Under the pieces are notes generated by a model. It was not told where the DNA came from and made no database searches. It was given only the letters and a program-made list of their open reading frames with translations. Both the position numbers and the translations under genes were made by a program. Shown in pieces: positions 38,678 to 50,750 of a stretch of 64,000 bases of DNA (position 1 is the first letter of the stretch; the number at the start of each line of letters is the position of its first letter). Source of the DNA: an uncultured delta proteobacterium. Its GTDB lineage: Bacteria; Desulfobacterota; RBG-13-43-22. The DNA is taken from contig CAVUPH010000032.1 in NCBI GenBank assembly GCA_963743305.1, positions 73,890 to 137,889 of the forward strand, in the 5' to 3' direction.

Positions 38678-39937
38678 ATGGCCCTTCAAGCGTTAAAAGG
38701 ATTTAAGGATGTGCTTCCCGGGGAAAGCGAGAAATGGGCTTTTCTGGAACAGACCGCCCGAAAAATCTTTCAAAATTACGGATACGCGGAGATAAAGACC
38801 CCCATTCTGGAAAAAACGGAGCTCTTCGCCCGGACCATCGGGGCCGCCACCGACATCGTCGAAAAGGAGATGTACACCTTCACCGATCGCAGCGGGGAAT
38901 CGGTCACTCTGCGGCCGGAGGCCACCGCCTCAGTCCTGCGGGCCTTTATCGAGCACCATCTTCATACCCGACAGAGCCTGCAGAAGCTCTTCAGCGTCGG
39001 CCCCATGTTCCGTCACGAGCGCCCCCAGAAAGGACGCCTGCGGCAGTTTCATCAGATCAACGCCGAATGCCTGGGCTCGGCCGGACCCTTTACCGATGCC
39101 GAGATTATCTTGCTGCTGCTCCAAATCCTCAAAGCCTTCGGTTTGGCCGATCTTCGCCTGCGCCTGAATTCCCTGGGCTGCCCGGCCTGCCGGCCCTCCT
39201 TCAGTTCCGCGCTCCAGAATTTCTTCGAGGACCGGAAAGGTTCCTTTTGCGAGGACTGCCGACGCCGGATCACGACCAATCCCCTGCGGGTCTTCGACTG
39301 CAAGGTGGAGCGCTGCCAGAATTTTTTGCAGGAGGCGCCAATCCTCCCGGACTTCTGCTGCCCGGACTGCCGAGACCACTTTGAGCGAGTACAGGAATTA
39401 ATATCCCCCTGGGACGTCCCGGTCCATCTCGACCCCAGGCTGGTCCGGGGTTTGGATTATTACTGCCGAACCACTTTTGAAGTCAGCGCCGTTCACCTCG
39501 GCGCCCAGGATGCCGTGGCCGGCGGCGGACGCTATGACGGGCTGTTGAAGACCCTGGGCGGGCCGGATCTTCCGGCCATGGGTTTCGCCATCGGAGTGGA
39601 GCGGGCGGCGCTCCTCCTCGGAAGGGAACAACAATGGGAAACGGATCCCTTTGTCTTTTTCGCCGCCCTGGGGGAAGATGCCCGCCGCCAGGCCTTCCAA
39701 TGGGTACAGTCCCTGCGTGAGCAAGGGATCTCCGCCGAGATGGAACCGGAGGAGAAAAGTCTTAAAAGCCAGTTTCGCCGAGCGGACAAATTGCGGGCCC
39801 GCTATGTAGTCATCCTGGGAACGGAAGAACTGGAAAAAAGCCTGGCCCTTGTGCGGATCATGGAAAATAAAACCCAGGAAGAAGTGCCCTTAAGCGAATT
39901 GGTGGATTATTTCACCCTGAAGCACAAGAAGGATTGA
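38678..39937 (+). CDS. hisS: Histidine--tRNA ligase
   Basis: EKEMYTF, LRPEATA, FRHERPQKGRLRQFHQ, LVRGLDYY, GGGRYD, GFAIGVER. Confidence 0.96.
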   Translation: MALQALKGFKDVLPGESEKWAFLEQTARKIFQNYGYAEIKTPILEKTELFARTIGAATDIVEKEMYTFTDRSGESVTLRPEATASVLRAFIEHHLHTRQSLQKLFSVGPMFRHERPQKGRLRQFHQINAECLGSAGPFTDAEIILLLLQILKAFGLADLRLRLNSLGCPACRPSFSSALQNFFEDRKGSFCEDCRRRITTNPLRVFDCKVERCQNFLQEAPILPDFCCPDCRDHFERVQELISPWDVPVHLDPRLVRGLDYYCRTTFEVSAVHLGAQDAVAGGGRYDGLLKTLGGPDLPAMGFAIGVERAALLLGREQQWETDPFVFFAALGEDARRQAFQWVQSLREQGISAEMEPEEKSLKSQFRRADKLRARYVVILGTEELEKSLALVRIMENKTQEEVPLSELVDYFTLKHKKD

Positions 39938-39993
39938 TCCTTCCCTTTGAAAAAGGGAGGGTGGAAGAGATTTTTGAGATAAGGAGAAATATT

Positions 39994-41775
39994 TTGCCCC
40001 ATCACGATCACTCTTGGCGGCGTACCCATGATTGCGGTTCCCTGAGCCTTAAAGACGTCGGACAAAACGTAACCCTGGCCGGCTGGGTGGATACCCGCCG
40101 CGACCACGGGGGCTTAATATTTATCGATCTCCGCGACCGGGCCGGGATTACCCAGGTAGTTTTTAATCCCGAGACCAATCCCCAGGCCCACCAGGAGGCC
40201 CATCAACTGCGGAACGAATTTGTCCTGACCATCCGGGGTCTGGTCCGCGGAAGGCCGGAGGGGATGACCAACTCCAATTTAAAAACCGGTGAAATCGAGG
40301 TGCTGGTTCAGGAGTACCGCCTGCTCAATACCTCCAAAACCCCGCCTTTTTCTTTAGAGGACTCGGCCGAGGTTTCCGAGGCCGTCCGCCTGCGCTACCG
40401 GTATCTGGACCTGCGGCGGCCGTCCCTGCAAAAAAATTTCCTTTTCCGCCACCGGGTTATTCAATTCGTGCGCGAATTCCTGAACCAGCGGGGTTTGGTG
40501 GATATCGAGACTCCCTTCCTGACCAAAAGCACCCCTGAAGGCGCCCGGGATTATCTGGTACCCAGCCGGGTGCAAGCGGGAAAATTTTACGCCCTGCCCC
40601 AGTCCCCCCAACTGTTCAAACAGCTCCTGATGGTGGCCGGTTTTGACCGGTATTACCAGGTAGTGCGCTGTTTTCGGGATGAAGACCTGCGGGCCGACCG
40701 GCAGCCGGAATTCACCCAGTTGGATATGGAGTTTTCCTTTATCGAGGAAGAAGAAATTATTGAGTTAATTGAGGAGCTGATCGTTCAGCTCTTCACCGAA
40801 ACCCTGGGAATCACGGTTAACCGCCCCTTCCGGCGTCTCTCCTACCACCAGGCCACGAACCTTTACGGAACGGATCGCCCGGACCTGCGCTTCGGGCTGC
40901 CCCTGAAGGACCTGACCCCCCTGGTTAAGGATTCAGGGGCCAAGGTTTTTGCCGAGGCCGCCCAGAAGGGCGGGTGCGTGAAAGCCATCCGAGTACCGGG
41001 CGGCGGGGGCTTCTCCCGGAAGGAACTGGACGACCTGGTGGCCCTGGCTATGAGCTGGGGGGCCAAGGGATTGGCCTGGTCCAAGATCAACCCCGAGGGC
41101 TGGCAATCCCCTCTGGCAAAATTCTTAACCGAGGAGGAACGCCGGGCCATCAATCTGGCCCTGGAAGCCGAGCCGGGAGACTTGCTCCTCTTCCAGGCCG
41201 ATATTCCGGCCGTGGTGCACGAGGTGCTGGGAAAAGTCCGCTTGCACCTGGGCCCCAAAATCACTCCGCCGCGTCCGGATCAGTATGAATTCACCTGGGT
41301 CGATCAATTCCCGCTGGTGGAATACCGGACGGAGGAAGGCCGCTATGGAGCCGTCCATCATCCGTTCACCGCCCCGCTGGAAGAAGACCTTCCCCGGCTG
41401 GAAACCAGCCCGGAGACCGTCCGCTCCCGGGCCTATGACCTAGTGCTGAACGGCAGCGAAATCGGGGGCGGCAGCATCCGAATCCACCAGCGTACCCTGC
41501 AGGAACGTGTTTTCAAGGTATTGAATATTTCATCTGAGGAAGCGGAGGAAAAGTTCGGTTTTCTCCTGGAAGCCCTGGAACTGGGGGCACCGCCCCACGG
41601 GGGGATTGCCTTCGGCTTGGACCGGCTGGTCATGCTGATGACCGGGGCCGCCTCCCTGAGGGAAGTCATCGCCTTTCCCAAAACCCAGAAGGCCGTCTGT
41701 TTGTTGACCAACGCCCCCTCGACCGTCGACCGGATCCAGTTGAATGAACTGGGAATCCGGCTGGATGTGAAATAA
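39994..41775 (+). CDS. aspS: Aspartate--tRNA ligase (probably non-discriminating; RRDHGG)
   Basis: RTH.CG, GWV..RRDHGG, TPEGARDYLVP, LPQSPQLFKQ, FRDEDLRADRQPEF, PPHGGIAFGLDR. TTG start after AAGGAG. Confidence 0.95.
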   Translation: MPHHDHSWRRTHDCGSLSLKDVGQNVTLAGWVDTRRDHGGLIFIDLRDRAGITQVVFNPETNPQAHQEAHQLRNEFVLTIRGLVRGRPEGMTNSNLKTGEIEVLVQEYRLLNTSKTPPFSLEDSAEVSEAVRLRYRYLDLRRPSLQKNFLFRHRVIQFVREFLNQRGLVDIETPFLTKSTPEGARDYLVPSRVQAGKFYALPQSPQLFKQLLMVAGFDRYYQVVRCFRDEDLRADRQPEFTQLDMEFSFIEEEEIIELIEELIVQLFTETLGITVNRPFRRLSYHQATNLYGTDRPDLRFGLPLKDLTPLVKDSGAKVFAEAAQKGGCVKAIRVPGGGGFSRKELDDLVALAMSWGAKGLAWSKINPEGWQSPLAKFLTEEERRAINLALEAEPGDLLLFQADIPAVVHEVLGKVRLHLGPKITPPRPDQYEFTWVDQFPLVEYRTEEGRYGAVHHPFTAPLEEDLPRLETSPETVRSRAYDLVLNGSEIGGGSIRIHQRTLQERVFKVLNISSEEAEEKFGFLLEALELGAPPHGGIAFGLDRLVMLMTGAASLREVIAFPKTQKAVCLLTNAPSTVDRIQLNELGIRLDVK

Positions 41776-41782
41776 ATATCAT

Positions 41783-41984
41783 CTCCCCTTCCCTAGACAG
41801 GAGGGGGGCTTCAACGTGAGCCCTTCGTCAGTGAACCCTTCGACTTTGAGCTCAGGGCCTTGAGCTGGTCGAAAAGGCTCAGGTCCGAACTGCTCAGCCG
41901 AACGTTGGGGGGTGGGTGAAACCCGGACCTCCGACTCAACCGGCTTCACCCCCTCCCTAGCCCTCCCCCGTCAAGGGGGAGGGA
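41783..41984. repeat. Composite REP/MITE-like palindromic element
   Basis: CCCTCCCCCGTCAAGGGGGAGGG hairpin plus a CTTCGAC..GCTCAGG..GTCGAA module. Shares ACGTGAGC / CTCAGCCGAACGTT with 49391-49456. Confidence 0.6.
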
Positions 41985-42005
41985 ATGAGAAGAGAGGAGT
42001 CCCTT

Positions 42006-43835
42006 ATGGCCCGCTGGAATCCCATCAAAAAGGTCCTGGACCACGAACATACCCGTTTCTGGCAGTATGATCTGAAAAATATTTCCGAGCCCAACCTCCA
42101 AAGGGATGTTTTTCCTTACGAGGAGGTCTGCCGGATAGACTTCGATCATAAGTTCATACCCATCGACCCGGCCGATGAGCTCTGGATCACCGACACTACC
42201 TTTCGGGACGGCCAGCAGGCCCGGCCCCCTTATTCGGTGGAACAGATCCTCCACATTTTTGATTTCCTCAGCCGCCTTTCCGGCCCCCGGGGGGTAATCC
42301 GCCAAACCGAATTTTTCCTGTACAGCGACCGGGATAAGGCCGCGGTTCGGCGTTGCCAGGAAAGAGACGTCCCCTATCCGGAGATTACCGGCTGGATCCG
42401 GGCCCACCCCAAAGACCTGGACCTGGTTCAGGAGATGGGCCTCAAGGAAACCGGAATCCTGACCTCGGTCTCCGATTATCATATTTTTTACAAGCTCAAC
42501 CTCGACCGGCCCAAGGCGCTGGACCAATACCTGGAAATCGTCAACCGGGCACTGGACCTGGGGATAGCCCCCCGCTGCCACTTTGAAGACATCACCCGGG
42601 CCGACATCTACGGTTTTTGCATTCCCTTTGCTATCGAGCTCATGAAACTGCGGGAGTCCTCGGGCATCGACATCAAGATCCGCCTCTGTGACACTATGGG
42701 CTACGGGGTTACCTATCCTGGGACCGCCCTGCCCCGGAGCGTGCCCCGACTGGTCCGGGCCATGATCGAAGATGCCGGGGTGCCCGGCAACCTGCTGGAA
42801 TGGCACGGGCATAACGATTTTCATAAGGGTTTTATCAACGCCACCACCGCCTGGCTTTACGGCTGTGCCGCCATCAACGGCGCCCTGTTGGGATTCGGGG
42901 AACGGACCGGCAATACCCCCATCGAAGGGCTGCTGATCGAATATATCAGCCTCTTGGGCCGGAATAACGGCATCAACACTCGGGTGATCACCGAGATGGC
43001 GGATTATTTTGAAAAAGAAATTCATTTCCAGATTCCCCCCAACTATCCCTTTGTGGGGACGGATTTCAATGCCACCAGCGCCGGGATCCACGCCGACGGT
43101 CTGATCAAAAACGAGGAGATATACAACATCTTTAACACCGCGAAGATCTTAGATCGCCCGATCAGTATCATCATTACCGACAAATCCGGAACCGCGGGGA
43201 TCGTCCACTGGCTCAACAAGCACCTCAACCTGACCGGATCCGAAACGATCTCCAAGAACCATCCGGGGGTTCATAAAATATACAAGTGGGTCATGCGGCA
43301 ATACGAAGAAGGCCGGGTAACCTCCCTCTCCTCTCAGGAAATGATGCGGGTCAGTCGGAAATACCTGCCCGAATATTTCCTGTCGGAATTTGATGCCCTG
43401 AAACAGAAGGCCTACCAACTGGCTTATCACATCGTGGAAGAGATTCTGGAACAGGAGGCGATCCGGTCCCTGAATCCCGTCCAGCAGGAGCCGGTGATGG
43501 AAAATTTTATCGAGCTCAATCCCTTCATCCAGTTTATTTATGTCATCGACCTGGAAGGAAAAAAGATCACGAAAAACATCACCCGCATCGTGGATCGGGC
43601 CAAGTATCAGGTGATCAAAGAGGATGAGGATTTTTCCGGTCGTTCCTGGTTCACCCAGCCCATCAAGGACGGCAAGATTTTTGTCTCCGATTTCTATACC
43701 TCCCGCATCACCGGGGCACTGTGCATCACCGTTTCCGGACCGATCCGCAACCCGGAGGAGGATATCGTCGGGATCCTGGGGATCGACCTCAAATTCGAAG
43801 ACCTGGTCAAAATGGAACAGGAAGGGGAAATCTAA
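42006..43835 (+). CDS. Re-citrate synthase (LeuA/HMGL-like fold) with C-terminal Cache-like domain
   Basis: PNL.RD.FPY.EV, ITDTTFRDGQQ, RQTEFFLY, SDYHIF.KL, RCH.EDITRAD.YGF, EWHGHNDF, GERTGN. C-terminus D.S.R.WF...VS..Y.S.ITG..CITVS.PI...G.LG.D. Confidence 0.8.
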   Translation: MARWNPIKKVLDHEHTRFWQYDLKNISEPNLQRDVFPYEEVCRIDFDHKFIPIDPADELWITDTTFRDGQQARPPYSVEQILHIFDFLSRLSGPRGVIRQTEFFLYSDRDKAAVRRCQERDVPYPEITGWIRAHPKDLDLVQEMGLKETGILTSVSDYHIFYKLNLDRPKALDQYLEIVNRALDLGIAPRCHFEDITRADIYGFCIPFAIELMKLRESSGIDIKIRLCDTMGYGVTYPGTALPRSVPRLVRAMIEDAGVPGNLLEWHGHNDFHKGFINATTAWLYGCAAINGALLGFGERTGNTPIEGLLIEYISLLGRNNGINTRVITEMADYFEKEIHFQIPPNYPFVGTDFNATSAGIHADGLIKNEEIYNIFNTAKILDRPISIIITDKSGTAGIVHWLNKHLNLTGSETISKNHPGVHKIYKWVMRQYEEGRVTSLSSQEMMRVSRKYLPEYFLSEFDALKQKAYQLAYHIVEEILEQEAIRSLNPVQQEPVMENFIELNPFIQFIYVIDLEGKKITKNITRIVDRAKYQVIKEDEDFSGRSWFTQPIKDGKIFVSDFYTSRITGALCITVSGPIRNPEEDIVGILGIDLKFEDLVKMEQEGEI

Positions 43836-44059
43836 ATAACTTTCTTCTTGACAAGGGTTCGAAAATCCCGCTAAATGTCTCTGATATCTACCCAAAAAAG
43901 GATTGAAGCCCCTTGCGTCAAAAGGCCGGGAACCTTCAATTCCCAAAGATTTTTCGAGTCCGCCAACCCGACCAGCCGCCAAAAGCGGAGAGGGGGGCGG
44001 CGCTCGAACCCTGATTTTCAACTGCCCATAAATAAACTAAACTAAAGGAGGATGGTATT

Positions 44060-44272
44060 GTGGCTGAAATAACAGCCCCCATGGCGGGGAAAGTGATTGA
44101 TATTAAAGTAAGTATCGGGGATGCGGTCCAGGAGGACGACGAAGTGGCCATCATCGAGGCTATGAAAATGGAAATGCCGATTTTAACCTACACCGGCGGC
44201 ACGGTAAAAGAGATCAAAGTGGAAAAAGGGTCGTCAGTGGAGGCCGATCAGGTCATCATAATTATTGAGTGA
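44060..44272 (+). CDS. Stand-alone biotin carboxyl carrier protein
   Basis: APM.GKV, EAMKM biotinylation motif. Confidence 0.92.
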   Translation: MAEITAPMAGKVIDIKVSIGDAVQEDDEVAIIEAMKMEMPILTYTGGTVKEIKVEKGSSVEADQVIIIIE

Positions 44273-44287
44273 AATTCCCCTTCGAAA

Positions 44288-44320
44288 GGGTTGAGATGAA
44301 GGTTATCTCAACCCTTTTTT
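44288..44320 (+). terminator. Rho-independent terminator
   Basis: GGGTTGAGAT...ATCTCAACCC stem followed by TTTTTT. Confidence 0.65.
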
Positions 44321-44431
44321 GTTTAATCCCAAGCCAAAAATTGTTGATGGTTCCGGTTTAATTGTACCAGATAAACTCTCAGAAAAATGGGTATAAGCAT
44401 CTAATTTAAGTTAAAGTCCGGGGTGGTCGCT

Positions 44432-45985
44432 ATGACGGTAGAAGATCGAATTAAAGAATTGATCGCGTTGAATGCTCAGGCGGAATTGGCCGGCGGTCAG
44501 GACAAGATCGATGCCCAACATAAAAAGGGCAAATTGACGGCCCGAGAACGGATTGAACACCTTCTGGATAAAGGGAGCTTTGAGGAATTCGATAAATTCG
44601 TAGTTCACCGTTGTACGGATTTCGGCATGGAAAACCAGAAGATTTTCGGGGACGGGGTGGTAACCGGATACGGACGGATCAACGGCCGGCTGGTTTATGT
44701 CTTCTCCCAGGACTTCACTGTTTTTGGCGGGAGTCTGAGCGGACCTTTTGGTGAAAAGGTCTGCAAAGTCATGGACCTGGCCGAGCGTAACGGGGCGCCC
44801 ATCATTGGCCTCAATGATTCCGGCGGCGCCCGGATACAGGAAGGGGTAGTCAGTCTGGGCAGCTACGGGGAGATCTTCCGCCGGAATGTCCAGTGTTCCG
44901 GAATCATTCCCCAGATATCCGTAATCATGGGGCCCTGCGCCGGCGGGGCGGTCTATTCCCCGGCCATCACCGATTTTATCATCATGGTGGAAAAAACCAG
45001 CCACATGTTCATCACCGGGCCCCAGGTCATCAAGGCCGTAACCCACGAAGAAGTGGAACCGGAAGCGCTGGGCGGCGCCATCCGGCACAACTCCACCAGC
45101 GGGGTGGCCCACCTGTCGGCCAAGGATGATCGGGCCGCCCTGGACAAGGTCCGGGAACTACTTTCCTTCCTGCCCCAGAACTGCAACGAGAAACCTCCGA
45201 AACTACCTACCCGGGACGATCCCAACCGGATCGATCTGGAACTTCGGAATGTCATCCCGGAAAATCCTCGAACGCCTTACGATATAAAAAAGATCATCCT
45301 CACCGTCGTGGATGACCGAAAATTCTTTGAAACCCAAAAAATGTACGCCCCCAACATGGTGGTCGGTTTCGCCCGACTGAACGGGACGCCGGTGGGGATC
45401 GTGGCCAATCAACCCCGGGCACTGGCCGGGTGTCTGGATATCAACGCCTCGGATAAATGCGCCCGGTTTGTACGCTTCTGCGACTGTTTCAACCTGCCCA
45501 TCATCACCTTTGTGGATGTACCGGGGTTTCTGCCCGGTGTGGCTCAGGAACACGGAGGCATCATCCGCCACGGGGCCAAGATCATCTATGCCTACTGTGA
45601 CGCCATGGTGCCCAAGATTACCCTGATCACCCGCAAGGCTTACGGGGGCGCTTACGACGTCATGGGCAGCAAACACCACGGTGGGGACATCAATTTCGCC
45701 TATCCCATGGCCGAAATCGCCGTCATGGGACCGGACGGCGCGGTGCCCATCGTCTTCCGCAACCAGATCAAGGAATCATCGGACCCGGAAAAGACCCGCC
45801 AGGAACTGGTCGAGGAATACCGGCGCACTTTCGCCAGCCCCTACAAGGCGGCTGAATTGGGATATATCGATGAAATCATCCTGCCGGAATACACCCGACC
45901 CAAGCTGATTCGCGCGCTGGAATCCTTAGAAACCAAATTCGATGTCCGCCGACTTCCCAGGCGACACGGGAATATTCCCTTATGA
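44432..45985 (+). CDS. Acyl-CoA carboxyltransferase (PccB / methylmalonyl-CoA decarboxylase alpha)
   Basis: [62 protein letters not shown]. Confidence 0.92.
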   Translation: MTVEDRIKELIALNAQAELAGGQDKIDAQHKKGKLTARERIEHLLDKGSFEEFDKFVVHRCTDFGMENQKIFGDGVVTGYGRINGRLVYVFSQDFTVFGGSLSGPFGEKVCKVMDLAERNGAPIIGLNDSGGARIQEGVVSLGSYGEIFRRNVQCSGIIPQISVIMGPCAGGAVYSPAITDFIIMVEKTSHMFITGPQVIKAVTHEEVEPEALGGAIRHNSTSGVAHLSAKDDRAALDKVRELLSFLPQNCNEKPPKLPTRDDPNRIDLELRNVIPENPRTPYDIKKIILTVVDDRKFFETQKMYAPNMVVGFARLNGTPVGIVANQPRALAGCLDINASDKCARFVRFCDCFNLPIITFVDVPGFLPGVAQEHGGIIRHGAKIIYAYCDAMVPKITLITRKAYGGAYDVMGSKHHGGDINFAYPMAEIAVMGPDGAVPIVFRNQIKESSDPEKTRQELVEEYRRTFASPYKAAELGYIDEIILPEYTRPKLIRALESLETKFDVRRLPRRHGNIPL

Positions 45986-46175
45986 CTCGCTGACTCGCTA
46001 AACTCGAAATTTGAAGCACGCAATCGACTCGGCTGATCCTTTCGGTAAACTCAAGGCCCTGAGCGACTCGACTGAGCTCGCCGAAGTCTTGTCGAAGGGC
46101 TCGTCGCAGGCCGAAACACGCACGAAGGATTAAAATCCAACTATTTGAAACAACCAACTCTTCGAATTTCGGATT
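45986..46175. repeat. Intergenic REP-like palindromic mosaic
   Basis: Contains CCTGAGC..CTTGTCGAAGG and TTCGAATTTCGGATT modules related to 41783-41984 and 48311-48365. Confidence 0.4.
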
Positions 46176-46205
46176 AAGAAATCACACCGGAAGAGGAGCC
46201 CCACC

Positions 46206-47882
<1,677 letters not shown>

Positions 47883-47893
47883 GAGATGCGATC

Positions 47894-48295
47894 ATGACGG
47901 CAGCGAAAAAGATAAGGGTACTGGCGGCCAAGCCCGGCCTGGACGGGCACGACCGGGGCATTAAGGTGATTTGCTACGCCCTGCGGGATGCGGGGATGGA
48001 AGTGGTCTATACCGGTCTGCGGCAGACCCCGGAGCAGATTGTGACCACGGCCATGCAGGAAGACGTGGACGTCATTGCCCTGAGCGTCCTCTCCGGGGCG
48101 CACGAATACCTCTTCCCGAGGGTCATGGAACTGGTCCGGGAAAAAGGGATTCCCGATGTCCTGGTCGTGGGAGGCGGGATCATCCCCGATGAAGATATCC
48201 CGGCCATGAAAGCCGCGGGCATCGCCGAGATTTTCGGCCCGGGCACCTACACCGCGGAGATCATCCAGTACATCCAGGATCATGTGAGAAGCTGA
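47894..48295 (+). CDS. Cobalamin-binding small subunit of the mutase
   Basis: [10 protein letters not shown] (DxHxxG), S.LSGAH, GGIIP, FGPGT. Confidence 0.93.
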   Translation: MTAAKKIRVLAAKPGLDGHDRGIKVICYALRDAGMEVVYTGLRQTPEQIVTTAMQEDVDVIALSVLSGAHEYLFPRVMELVREKGIPDVLVVGGGIIPDEDIPAMKAAGIAEIFGPGTYTAEIIQYIQDHVRS

Positions 48296-48310
48296 AACCT
48301 GATTCTCGGT

Positions 48311-48510
48311 TCAAATCCGAAATCCGAATTTCGAAATCCGAACAAAATCCAATGACCAAAATTCAACGACCGAGGAAGGATGACAATTTCGCCAAAAACT
48401 CCTCAGGCCGGACTCATTGCGAGGAGTGAAGCGACGAAGCAGATCCCCAAGAACCGGAGCTTCTCGGCAAGGAGGGATATGTTCTCTGCGTCTCTTCGCT
48501 CGCAATGACG
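48311..48510. repeat. AAATCCG heptamer-type repeats plus a CATTGCGAG...CTCGCAATG REP-like doublet
   Basis: aaatccgaaatccgaatttcgaaatccgaac; cattgcgaggagtgaagcgacgaagca (48415) and ttcgctcgcaatgac (48509) form inverted ends. Confidence 0.55.
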
Positions 48511-48559
48511 GTGTTTTCTCGACTCTTAGTTTGCCTTGGTCTGCGCCGGGGTGAACGCG

Positions 48560-49324
48560 TTACCGTTCCTGCCAGACCGGCTTTCGCTTCTCCAGGAAAG
48601 CCTTGAGCCCCTCCTCCGCGTCGTGGGTCTTCATCATTTCCTGCAGGTAGATTTTTTCAATGGCCAGAAGCCCCTGATCAGCCGGATCCATCAATCCGGC
48701 GTTGAAGGCCTTCTTGGTCAGGGCCAGTACCAGGCCGCTTAAGCCGGAAAACTTCCCCAAAAATTTTTGCAGTTCCTCTTCCAGAGCCTCGGCCGGCACC
48801 ACTTTGTTGATCAACCCCAGGGAAAGGGCCTCCTGGGCCGGGATGATATCTCCCGAAAGGATCAGTTCCAGAGCCTTCTTGCGGGCCGTCAGGCGGGGCA
48901 TAATCAGGGCGGCAATGGGTGGGAAAACGCCCACCTGGATCTCCGGCTGACCGAACTTGGCCTTTTCCGACGCTATGACCAGGTCGCAGTAGAGGGCCAG
49001 CTCACAGCCCCCGCCCAGGGCCGCCCCCTGGACCGAAGCGATGGAAACGGCCGGCAGGCTGTCCATCCGCCGGAAGATGCCGTGAAAGACCTCGATCATT
49101 TCATTGACCTGGTCTCCCAGGTGTTCGCCCACGTCCACCCCGGCCGAAAAGGCTTTGCCGGCCGCCTTGAACAAGAGCAGTTTGAATGATTGACCCTTCA
49201 ATGAATCAAGGGCCTGATTGATCTCCTTCATCATGGCGATATTCAGGACATTCAAAGGGTCCCGTTTCAAGGTGATCGTAGCCAGTCCTTCTTTGACTTC
49301 CAACTGAATAAACTGATAACTCAT
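48560..49324 (-). CDS. Enoyl-CoA hydratase family protein (cyclohexadienoyl-CoA hydratase Dch-like)
   Basis: PLNVL...M, AFSAGVDVGEH, LGGGCELA..CD, GQPEI.VGVFPP, DA.EGL.AFLEKR.P.W. Confidence 0.8.
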   Translation of the reverse strand: MSYQFIQLEVKEGLATITLKRDPLNVLNIAMMKEINQALDSLKGQSFKLLLFKAAGKAFSAGVDVGEHLGDQVNEMIEVFHGIFRRMDSLPAVSIASVQGAALGGGCELALYCDLVIASEKAKFGQPEIQVGVFPPIAALIMPRLTARKKALELILSGDIIPAQEALSLGLINKVVPAEALEEELQKFLGKFSGLSGLVLALTKKAFNAGLMDPADQGLLAIEKIYLQEMMKTHDAEEGLKAFLEKRKPVWQER

Positions 49325-49390
49325 GGTTGTTCCTTCCTTTCGTCCGCTGTAATGCCTAGGGAATTTTCAGGTTTTAATCCATGCTTCAAG

Positions 49391-49456
49391 ACCCCCTCTC
49401 CCCCTCGCGGGAGAGGGCCTCGACGTGAGCTCAGCCGAACGTTTGGGGTGAGGGGG
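49391..49456. repeat. REP/MITE-like element related to 41783-41984
   Basis: CCCTCTCCCCCTCGCGGGAGAGGG hairpin + CGACGTGAGCTCAGCCGAACGTTTGGGGTGAGGGG. Confidence 0.55.
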
Positions 49457-49760
49457 ATATAGGTATCTACTTGTTATATTCCTAATAAATCCAGGTGTTG
49501 TCAATCCCAAATTGAAGGAAATAGTCCTTCCGCCGAGTGGACCGCGCGGAACCAATCAAAAGCCTTTGATCGACCACTCTCCGGATACGACTTTACTCAC
49601 GAGTAAAATCGTGTCCTAACTATTTTACTATGACAATGATCCGTGTCCGGTAGTTGTCTGTGGCAAAAAATCTTTTTTGGATTTTTCGGGTTGGTATCTT
49701 TTTAAGATTAAAAAGGGTTATTCCCGCCGCTTCCGGCGTGAATAACCCCTTGAATATCCT

Positions 49761-49836
49761 TGGTGGAGCTGAACGGGATCGAACCGTCGACCTCTTGACT
49801 GCCAGTCAAGCGCTCTCCCAGCTGAGCTACAGCCCC
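49761..49836 (-). tRNA. tRNA-Ala(GGC)
   Basis: GGGGCTGTAGCTCAGCTGGGAGAGCG-CTTGA CT GGC AG TCAAG-...GGTTCGATCCC...CTCCACCA. Confidence 0.96.
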
Positions 49837-49978
49837 GTAATTAATAAAAAGATTATTATATTTTTATTGGAAACCCTTGTCAATAATTTTTTAACCATTT
49901 TTTCTTGACAATTTCATGATCTTTTACGTAAAATCAACTCTCGTTTGCGAATATTTTTCGTGAATAATCCACCCAACC

Positions 49979-50066
49979 GCCGGAGTGGTGAAACTGGTAG
50001 ACGCAGGGGACTCAAAATCCCCCGACCCCCGCGGTCATGTCGGTTCAATTCCGACCTCCGGCACCA
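49979..50066 (+). tRNA. tRNA-Leu(CAA)
   Basis: GCCGGAGTGGTGAAACTGGTAGACGCA-GGGGA CT CAA AA TCCCC-long variable arm-GGTTCAATTCC...GGCACCA. Confidence 0.96.
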
Positions 50067-50086
50067 CATATTAGCATGACAGATTA

Positions 50087-50128
50087 GGGACCTAAGGCTT
50101 TAATCGGCTTTAGGCCCCTTTTCTTTTT
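50087..50128 (+). terminator. Probable terminator after tRNA-Leu
   Basis: gggacctaaggc...gctttaggcccc followed by a T-rich run. Confidence 0.55.
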
Positions 50129-50211
50129 TGATTAGAATGAATTTTTCCTTGACACCCTTTTTTTTCTTGTTAATCTTGCTCGGAGTATTACTATTTAGAG
50201 GGGATTATTCT

Positions 50212-50463
50212 ATGCAATCATTTCGTCTTCTCGTAATTGTTTTCTTTGGAACGGTGATCCTGTGCGGTGCCCTCCTGCTGATTGGCTGCAACAGTTCCAC
50301 CTCGGGAGGTAGCAGCACTCTTAAGTGCACCTATCCCAATGTTCCGAGCTCAGATCAGTGCAATAATATTTCTCTCGGAAATTCTTGTCAAAGCCCTTTC
50401 ACTTATGATTCTAATTCAAAAACCTGCAATATTAATGACTGCTCTGCCTGCGCGCAATTCTAA
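50212..50463 (+). CDS. Small Cys-rich predicted lipoprotein
   Basis: Hydrophobic leader ending LIGC (lipobox), Ser/Gly linker, six further Cys. AT-rich. Confidence 0.6.
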   Translation: MQSFRLLVIVFFGTVILCGALLLIGCNSSTSGGSSTLKCTYPNVPSSDQCNNISLGNSCQSPFTYDSNSKTCNINDCSACAQF

Positions 50464-50622
50464 GAAATAGCCTCACCCTTACTCTTAGCAGCCAAAACCG
50501 GACCCGCCGGGTGAGGAGATTAACCCCTGATAACGGTTCCCGTGGCGCCCAGTGGCGCCACGTTCTACCCGGTGGCCTGAGCTAGCTCTCTACATTCCCA
50601 TTCATCTTCCTTGTATTAGGGG

Positions 50623-50748
50623 CTATTTCAACACCTCCCCCAACCAATCCTTGATCTCACCCATCTCCCGGGTGAATAATTCCCGAATAGCCTCAAAAAC
50701 TCTTTGATACCCGGAGAATTCTCTCCGATTCCTCAACCCGCTGGCTCA
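50623..50748 (-). pseudogene. Truncated paralog of the C-terminus of the 51243-51740 protein
   Basis: SQRVEESERIL/SGYQRVFEAIRELFTREMGEIKDWLGEVLK* aligns with QEQIEEMKEVLANYERIFEAVRQLFSREIEEIEELVTELLE*. Confidence 0.55.
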
Positions 50749-50750
50749 AA

